From Planctomycetota bacterium (GTDB lineage Bacteria > Planctomycetota > B15-G4 > SIAN01): a DNA stretch of 23,617 bases. The translations under genes and the position numbers were made by a program. Of the stretch, positions 18,041 through 23,617 are shown piece by piece. The stretch spans positions 1-23,617 of the forward strand of contig JANNXA010000025.1 in the NCBI GenBank assembly GCA_031409275.1, written 5' to 3'. Each line of letters opens with the position of its first letter. The stretch's first letter is position 1. The notes under the pieces were generated by a model. That model was not told the DNA's origin, ran no database searches, and worked only from the letters and a program-made list of their open reading frames with translations.

Positions 18041-19756
18041 ATGAGCAGCGACAGCGGCAAGCCAGCACAGCGACCGAAGGCGTTCGTGCCGCTGCGGGTG
18101 GTGATCGTGGGCGGCGGCTTCGCCGGCACCAGTGCCGCGCTGGCCGTCGCGCGCGAGCTGCGTGGCGAGAGTGGCGTCGAGCTCCACCTCGTCAGCGACG
18201 AGAACTACACCGTCTTCCAGCCGATGCTGCCCGAGGTGGTCGCCGGCGGCATCGAGCCGACCCACATCGTGAATCCGCTGCGCCAGCTCTGCAGCGGGCT
18301 GCGCTTTCACTGCGCCCGCGTCGTCGCGATCGACTGGGAGCGTCGCGTGCTGACGCTCGCCGAAGCCGATGGGGCCGGCGACGGCGCACGGCGCCACGAG
18401 CTGCCGTTCGACCAGCTCGTCCTCGCGCCGGGCCAGGTGGTCGACCTCTCGCGCTTGCCGGGCATGGCGCAGCACGCGCTGCCGATCAAGACGCTCGGCG
18501 ACGCGTTCCACCTGCGCAACCACGTGCTCTCGCGGCTCGAGCAGGCGGAACTCGAGGACGACGAGGCGCGGCGCCGCTGGCTGCTGACGTTCGTCACCAT
18601 CGGTGGCGGCTTCTCCGGAGTGGAGACGGCGGCCGAGGTGCACGACCTCGTGCGTCGCGCGCTGCCGAGCTATCCGCGCGCCCGCGCGACTGGCCATCGC
18701 ATGGTGCTGGTCCATTCGCGCGAACTGATCCTGAATGAACTCGATCCCAAGCTCGGCGCCTTCGCGCAGCAGACAATGGCGGCGCGCGGGGTGGAGTTCC
18801 GGATGGGGCGCCGCTCGCTGGAGGCGACGCCGGAGGGCGTTCGTCTCGACGATGGGTCGTTCCTCGCCGCGGGCACGCTGATCTGCACGATCGGCAACGC
18901 GCCGCATCCGCTGCTGACCCGCAGCCCGCTGCCGCAGGAGGGCGGGCGCGTCGTCACCGACGAGTTCCTGCGCGTGCCCGGTTTCGCGGGCGTCTTCGCG
19001 CTCGGCGATGCGGCGGCGGTCCCCGACGTGCGGCGCGGCGGCAGCTGCCCGCCGACGGCGCAGTACGCCGTGCGGCAGGGTCGGACGCTCGGCAAGAACC
19101 TGATCGCTTCGCTGCGCCACGAGCCGTTGCAGCCCTTCTCCTTCGGCGGGCTGGGGCAACTCGCGGTCGTCGGACACCATTGCGGCGTCGCGCAGCTCTT
19201 CGGCTTCAAGCTCTCGGGGACGCTCGCGTGGGTGCTGTGGCGTTCGGTCTATTGGGCGAAGCTGCCAAGCTGGGTCAGTCGCGTGCGGGTCGGCCTCGAT
19301 TGGCTGCTCGATGTCGTCTTCCCGCGCGACCTCACCAAGTTCGAGACGCGGCGCACCGAAGCGCTGGCGGTGTCGCATTACCGCGCCGGCGACTGCCTCG
19401 TGCGCGAAGGCGAGCGTGGCGACACCTTCTTCGTGATGCAGAAGGGGCGGGTCGAGATCGTGCGGGCCGACGCCGATGCCGAGCAAGGCGAGTGCAAGCT
19501 CGCCGAGAAGGGGCCCGGCGAGTCGTTCGGCGAGACCGCGCTACTGACCGATGCGCCGCGCAATGCGACGGTGCGCGCGCTGACGGCGGTCGATGTGCTC
19601 ACCTTCCGTCGCGGCGACTTCCAGAAGCTGGTCGCAAGCTACGGCGTGCTGCGCGAGCAGATGGAGCGCGACCTCGAGCGTCACGCGGTGGTTCCGCAGG
19701 CCGCCCGTCCCGCGCGCGAGCCCTGCTTGCCGCCTGCGGTGATCTCGGAGCGCTGA
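18041..19756 (+). CDS. ndh: Type II NAD(P)H:quinone oxidoreductase (NDH-2) fused to a C-terminal cyclic-nucleotide-binding domain
   Basis: ATG 18041 after GGAGG, 571 aa. NDH-2 motifs VVIVGGGFAG, FQPMLPEV, TIGGGFSGVE, VFALGD, PPTAQYAVRQG and SGTLAWVLWRSVY. cNMP motifs LVREGERGDTFFVM..GRVEI and GESFGETALL..APRNATVRA. Confidence 0.9.
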   Translation: MSSDSGKPAQRPKAFVPLRVVIVGGGFAGTSAALAVARELRGESGVELHLVSDENYTVFQPMLPEVVAGGIEPTHIVNPLRQLCSGLRFHCARVVAIDWERRVLTLAEADGAGDGARRHELPFDQLVLAPGQVVDLSRLPGMAQHALPIKTLGDAFHLRNHVLSRLEQAELEDDEARRRWLLTFVTIGGGFSGVETAAEVHDLVRRALPSYPRARATGHRMVLVHSRELILNELDPKLGAFAQQTMAARGVEFRMGRRSLEATPEGVRLDDGSFLAAGTLICTIGNAPHPLLTRSPLPQEGGRVVTDEFLRVPGFAGVFALGDAAAVPDVRRGGSCPPTAQYAVRQGRTLGKNLIASLRHEPLQPFSFGGLGQLAVVGHHCGVAQLFGFKLSGTLAWVLWRSVYWAKLPSWVSRVRVGLDWLLDVVFPRDLTKFETRRTEALAVSHYRAGDCLVREGERGDTFFVMQKGRVEIVRADADAEQGECKLAEKGPGESFGETALLTDAPRNATVRALTAVDVLTFRRGDFQKLVASYGVLREQMERDLERHAVVPQAARPAREPCLPPAVISER

Positions 19757-19834
19757 CGACGCAACGCGGACGTTCGGCGTTCCTTTGCGCTCGCAGTAGA
19801 TTCGCGTCCGCTCCACGTCCTTCGGGAGAACGCG

Positions 19835-21571
19835 ATGCGCACCCTGCTGCTGCTTGCGGCGCTCGCTTTCGTCGATCAGCGCTACGTCGACGACTTCAAG
19901 TTCCTGGCCGATACGGTCAAGCGCGACTACGCCGGCTTCGCGTGCAAGCGCGACGTCGAGTGGGAGCCGATCGTCAAGCGCTTCGAGCCGCGCTTCGCCG
20001 GCTGCAAGAGCGATCGCGACCACGTGCAGAACGTGATGGAGCTGCTCGCCACGCTGCGCGACAGCCACACCGGCGTGATCGAGACGAAAGTCGAATGGAA
20101 GGAGCTGCCGAGCAAGTTCGATGGCCTCTACGGCGCCGGTCTGTGCGTCGGTTTCGAGGAGGGCAAGTGGATGGTGCGCGGTGCGATGCCGGCCCACTCG
20201 CTCGCCGCGACGCTGCCGGCCGGCGCTCGGCTGCTCGACGTGGATGGCCTGCCGGCATGGTTCGCGATGGGGCGCGAAGAGAAGCGCGTGGCGCGCTTCC
20301 AGGGGCTTTCGAGCGATCGCAGCTTCTGGGCCTCGCTCGCCAACAAAGCCTTCCCGTTCGGCGAGGCCAGGCAGATCGCCGCGCGCTTCCTGATGCCCGA
20401 TGGCAAGCCGCGCAAGTTCGATCTGCCGCGCTGGGGGCCCGACGGCAAGTCGTTCGACTTCGTCGGCCTCTACCTGCCCGCGGGTGTGGCGCGCGCCGAC
20501 GGGGCGGTGGCGACGAAGCTGGCGCTGCCGTGGTCGAAGCAGGTCGGTTTCCTGAAGATCACCGGCTCGATGGACGCCGCCACCGTGACGGCGTTCCACG
20601 CCGCGTTCGATTCGCTGAAGGGGATCGACGCGCTGCTGCTCGATTGCCGTTCGATGGGGGGCGGCGGAGATGACTGTGCGTGGGAGATGTGCGGTCGCCT
20701 CTTCAGCAAGGGCGTCGACAATGGCCGCTACGGCAAGCTCGCGGCGAGCGGCACCTGGCAGTTCGACGGTCCGGTGGTGATGTTGCAGGACGAGTCGGAA
20801 GTGTCGTCGGCCGAGACCTTCGCGTGGACGTTGTGCGAGACGAAGCGCGTGGTCTGCGTCGGCCGCGCGACGGGCGGTTGGGGGATCATCCCGAAGTCGT
20901 ACGCACTGCCTTCGGGCCTCGCGAAGTTCCGCCTCGGCGTCAACTGGCGCAAGACGCCGATCACCGGCGCGTCGACCGAGGAGGTCGGCTGGCCGTGCGA
21001 TGTCATGGTGCCGCTTGGGCCGAGGATGCTGGCGTGGAGCAGCGACGACGACGACGTCACGCCGGACCCGACGATGGAGCTCGCTCGGATCGTGCTGCGG
21101 ACGCTACATGCCGGTGTCACGCTCGATGAGGCGCGCGCCGGATTCGCGGCGCTGGCCGAGGGCGACCTCGCGAAGTGGAGCGCGTTCGAGAAAAAGGCCT
21201 CGGCGAAGGACACGGAACTCGCGGGCGAGAAGCTCGCGAAGCGTTTCGGCGAGGACCTCGAAGCCGAGCTCGAGCAGGAGCTTGTGGCGCTGAAGGATGC
21301 GGAGCTGCCGCCCGATTGGGTCGGCGTCGCGCGACGGCTGCCGCGACTGCTGACGCGCGCCAAGGGAATGGGGCTCGCCGCCAAGACTGCGCCGCTCGAG
21401 AAGCTCGTCAAGGGCGCGGCGAAGGAGGCGGCGGCGCAGCAAGCGCTGCTCGACCTCGACGCGCTTCCCGACTCGAAAGCGCCCGACGATCCGGCGCGCC
21501 GCAAGGAGTGGCTCGCCAAGCATGGCGCGACCAGGACCGGAGCGTGGGTGAAGGCGACGCTCTGGAAGTAA
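19835..21571 (+). CDS. S41 family serine peptidase, probably secreted, with helical C-terminal extension
   Basis: 578 aa, RBS GGGAG. Motifs LATLRDSHT, VGFLKI, LLLDCRSMGGG (variant of DLRxNxGG), VSSAETFA (catalytic Ser region), VGRATGG and GWPCDV. Confidence 0.8.
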   Translation: MRTLLLLAALAFVDQRYVDDFKFLADTVKRDYAGFACKRDVEWEPIVKRFEPRFAGCKSDRDHVQNVMELLATLRDSHTGVIETKVEWKELPSKFDGLYGAGLCVGFEEGKWMVRGAMPAHSLAATLPAGARLLDVDGLPAWFAMGREEKRVARFQGLSSDRSFWASLANKAFPFGEARQIAARFLMPDGKPRKFDLPRWGPDGKSFDFVGLYLPAGVARADGAVATKLALPWSKQVGFLKITGSMDAATVTAFHAAFDSLKGIDALLLDCRSMGGGGDDCAWEMCGRLFSKGVDNGRYGKLAASGTWQFDGPVVMLQDESEVSSAETFAWTLCETKRVVCVGRATGGWGIIPKSYALPSGLAKFRLGVNWRKTPITGASTEEVGWPCDVMVPLGPRMLAWSSDDDDVTPDPTMELARIVLRTLHAGVTLDEARAGFAALAEGDLAKWSAFEKKASAKDTELAGEKLAKRFGEDLEAELEQELVALKDAELPPDWVGVARRLPRLLTRAKGMGLAAKTAPLEKLVKGAAKEAAAQQALLDLDALPDSKAPDDPARRKEWLAKHGATRTGAWVKATLWK

Positions 21572-21729
21572 GAGCGCCTAACAGAATGTCCGCTGCGTTC
21601 GACCGGCTGCGGCCACCCATGACTTCGTCGACCTCCATCGGCGACTCTTCAGAGTCGCCTGCTTCGGTCTCCTCGTCCTGGGTGGCCTCGCTCGGTCTCG
21701 GCGCGACGCGTCCTTTCTGTCAGGCGCTC
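21572..21729. mobile_element. 158-bp MITE-like element, long imperfect palindrome flanked by TAA
   Basis: Left end GAGCGCCTAACAGAA; reverse complement of right end GAGCGCCTGACAGAA (14/15). TAA on both sides (21569-71 and 21730-32). Inner paired arms GACCG/CGGTC and GGCCACCCA/TGGGTGGCC, and a central GGCGACTCT-TC-AGAGTCGCC. Confidence 0.8.
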
Positions 21730-21732
21730 TAA

Positions 21733-21769
21733 GAGCGCCGAACAGAATGTCCGCTGCGTTCGACCGGCT
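21733..21769. repeat. Truncated second copy of the MITE left arm
   Basis: 21730-21769 matches 21569-21608 at 39 of 40 nt. No matching right end was seen downstream. Confidence 0.8.
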
Positions 21770-21770
21770 C

Positions 21771-21804
21771 GGGGGGCACTGGTTCGAGTCCAGCATCGCC
21801 ACCA
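21771..21804 (+). pseudogene. Degenerate tRNA 3' fragment (T-arm, acceptor strand, CCA; Val-like), probable att-site remnant
   Basis: GGGGGGCA CTGG TTCGAGT CCAG CATCGCC ACCA. T-loop TTCGAGT is closed by a CTGG/CCAG stem and followed by ACCA. No D-arm or anticodon arm upstream. Confidence 0.7.
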
Positions 21805-21816
21805 TCGCAAACCCAA

Positions 21817-21842
21817 GTCGATGCGCATTTTGCCGCATCGAC
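21817..21842. other. Stem-loop just after the tRNA fragment
   Basis: GTCGATGCG (21817-25) and CGCATCGAC (21834-42), a perfect 9-bp stem. Confidence 0.45.
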
Positions 21843-21990
21843 GCGTCGTCCTCGACGGCAAGCAAACCGGCGAACTCGCCAACTGCCGCGACGCTTTCAA
21901 GCTGCTGCTCGAACGCGCCAGCGAAGTGGCGATCGAAGACGTTTCGCCCAATCGCTTCAGGACGTGCGCGATGTGATGGTCGAGCGCGGC
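21821..21990 (+). pseudogene. Decayed tyrosine recombinase (integrase) C-terminal fragment
   Basis: Translates as ...LDGKQTGELANCRDAFKLLLERASEVAIEDVSPNRFRTCAM* and, after a 1-nt shift, MVERG. This resembles the integrase segment ...F..LL.RA.I.D.SPH.(L/F)RHT.A.W...(R)G with the His residues lost. Confidence 0.5.
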
Positions 21991-22159
21991 TGGGGTAACA
22001 CCCTCCGACCGTCTCGGGCGCGAGACTCGATCGATCGCCCACGCCGAGTGTGTCAGGGACGCGGTACACTGCCGCGATCGCGAGCCAGGCGCATCGACAG
22101 GGGTTGGCGACGCGGAGACCGGCTTCATCCTCCATTGTGACCTGTCCGGGAGTGAGTTG

Positions 22160-23617
22160 ATGCGCATCCTCATCGCCAGCGTTGCGTGCTGTCTGCTCGG
22201 TACGCGGTTGCCTGCGCAGTCGGACGTTTCGGCGACCGCGGCCGCAAGCGACCCGGTGCCCGACGGGCTCGCAGTCGACGACTGGACGAGCATCCGCGCT
22301 GCGTACGAGGCGGGCCGCCATCAGGCGTTCGCGGTGGAAGGCGGCTACAGCGCACGCAACCCGGGCCAGCAGTGGACGACGCTCTTCGATGGCCGAGGTT
22401 TCTGCACGACGCCTGACGCGGGCGGTTGGAGCTTCGGTCTCGAGCTGGTGCACTACGGTTGGATCGGCGTCGAGAACGGCGTCGACAACTCCGCCGAGGA
22501 CACCGTCGGGCAATCCCGTGCCGTGACGACCGCTGGCGGCCGCGTTTCCTACCAGTGGGACGATCAGCTCACCGAGTGGTACGTGAACGACTCACGCGGC
22601 CTCGAGCACGGCTACACCGTGCAGGCGCGACCGGCCGAAGCGAGCGGCCCGCTCTCGCTCACGCTCGCGATCCGCGGCGGTCTCGTCCCGGAAGTCGTGG
22701 CGAACGGGCGCGACGTCCGCTTCGTCGACGCGACCGGCGCGGTCGTGCTGAACTACGCCGGACTCGCGGTGCTCGACGCGGATGGCCGTGAGATTGCGGC
22801 GCGCTTCGAGACCTGCGCCGGCGGGTTGCAGCTCACGGTCAACGACGGCGGTGCCTGCTATCCGCTGACGATCGATCCCGTCGTGCAGCAGGCGTACCTG
22901 AAGGCCTCGAACACGGACGCGAACGACGGCTTTGGTGGCTCGGTTGCGGTCTCCGGCGACACGGTCGTCGTGGGGGCCTGGGGTGAGGCCAGCAACGCGA
23001 CCGGCGTGAACGGCAACCAGAGCGACAACAGCTTGTCCTACGCCGGCGCGGCCTATGTCTTCGTGCGCAGCGGGACGACCTGGAGCCAGCAGGCGTACTT
23101 GAAGGCCTCGAACACCGACGCGAGCGACTACTTCGGCATCTCGGTCGCGGTCTCCGGCGACACGGTCGTCGTGGGCGCCTTCGGTGAAGACAGCAACGCG
23201 ACCGGCGTGAACGGCAACCAGAGCGACAACAGCTTGTTCGGCGCACACTACCAAGCCCGCCCCGTGACGGTCGTGTACGGCAACCAGAGCGACAACAGCG
23301 TGTGCCCCGCCGGCGCGGCCTATGTCTTCGTGCGCAGTGGGACGACCTGGAGCCAGCAGGCGTACTTGAAGGCCTCGAACACGGACACGAACGACGTCTT
23401 CGGCGGCTCGGTCGCGGTCTCCGGCGACACGGTCGTCGTGGCGGCGTCGTTTGAAGCCAGCAACGCTACCGGCGTGGACGGCAACCAAAGCGACGTCTGC
23501 TTGTCCTACGCTGGCGCGGCCTATGTCTTCGTGCGCTTCGGGTCGACCTGGAGCCAGCAGGCGTTCTTGAAGGCCTCGAACACGGACACGAACGACGTCT
23601 TCGGCGGCTCGGTCGCG
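22160..23617 (+). CDS. Secreted FG-GAP-like KASNT-repeat protein, 3'-truncated by the window edge
   Basis: ATG 22160 after GGGAG; open for 486 codons to the end and absent from the track because it has no stop. Signal peptide MRILIASVACCLLGTRLPA|Q. N-terminal domain with EWYVNDSRGLEHGYT and YPLTIDP, then 67-aa repeats QQAYLKASNTD..D.FG.SVAVSGDTVVVGA..E.SNATGVNGNQSDNS...AGAAYVFVRSGTTWS. Confidence 0.9.
   Translation, partial: MRILIASVACCLLGTRLPAQSDVSATAAASDPVPDGLAVDDWTSIRAAYEAGRHQAFAVEGGYSARNPGQQWTTLFDGRGFCTTPDAGGWSFGLELVHYGWIGVENGVDNSAEDTVGQSRAVTTAGGRVSYQWDDQLTEWYVNDSRGLEHGYTVQARPAEASGPLSLTLAIRGGLVPEVVANGRDVRFVDATGAVVLNYAGLAVLDADGREIAARFETCAGGLQLTVNDGGACYPLTIDPVVQQAYLKASNTDANDGFGGSVAVSGDTVVVGAWGEASNATGVNGNQSDNSLSYAGAAYVFVRSGTTWSQQAYLKASNTDASDYFGISVAVSGDTVVVGAFGEDSNATGVNGNQSDNSLFGAHYQARPVTVVYGNQSDNSVCPAGAAYVFVRSGTTWSQQAYLKASNTDTNDVFGGSVAVSGDTVVVAASFEASNATGVDGNQSDVCLSYAGAAYVFVRFGSTWSQQAFLKASNTDTNDVFGGSVA
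22886..23617 (+). repeat. Intragenic tandem repeats, 201-bp unit
   Basis: Units start at 22886, 23087, 23354 and 23555 (spacings 201, 267, 201) with high nucleotide identity. Confidence 0.9.

Noticed and set aside
21576..21725. Integron attC site (GCCTAAC ... GTCAGGC)
   Set aside because: The right core is GTC, not the conserved GTT. Pairing extends outward to GAGC/GCTC with TAA duplicated on both sides. No intI or cassette array is present.
21569..21769. CRISPR array (two 40-bp direct repeats)
   Set aside because: Only two copies, a 121-bp 'spacer' that pairs with the first repeat as part of one palindrome, and no cas genes. The MITE model explains it better.
21771..21804. Complete tRNA gene
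   Set aside because: No 5' acceptor strand, D-arm or anticodon arm upstream; that sequence is MITE.
22886..23617. Diversity-generating retroelement template/variable repeats
   Set aside because: The repeats are in-frame protein repeats, differences are not confined to adenines, and no reverse transcriptase is in the window.

Overview
High-GC bacterial DNA, roughly 70% GC by eye. The secreted-protein types suggest an uncultured Planctomycetota-like lineage (inference). About 15 credible CDS; most long ORFs in the supplied track are antisense or overlapping shadows. From left to right: an apparently frameshifted secreted-protein gene at the edge; an HD hydrolase, an M28 peptidase and a TIGR03546/TIGR03545-like fusion (minus); a DUF1275/YoaK membrane protein coupled to a radical SAM enzyme (plus); a CAP/SCP protein, a small lipoprotein and a 28-codon signal-peptide-only ORF (minus); a co-oriented minus-strand block of secreted acidic-loop proteins (7-repeat propeller, 14-repeat FG-GAP protein, and a coupled pair of one active and one zinc-ligand-less M14 carboxypeptidase); an NDH-2 fused to a cNMP-binding domain and an S41 peptidase (plus). 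At 21569-21990 lies a compact mobile-DNA scar: a 158-bp palindromic MITE flanked by TAA, a truncated second copy, a degenerate tRNA 3' end and a decayed tyrosine-integrase fragment. A KASNT-repeat secreted protein, missing from the ORF track, runs off the right end. No rRNA, complete tRNA or CRISPR array was seen. No database searches were run; family calls come from motifs recognised by eye.
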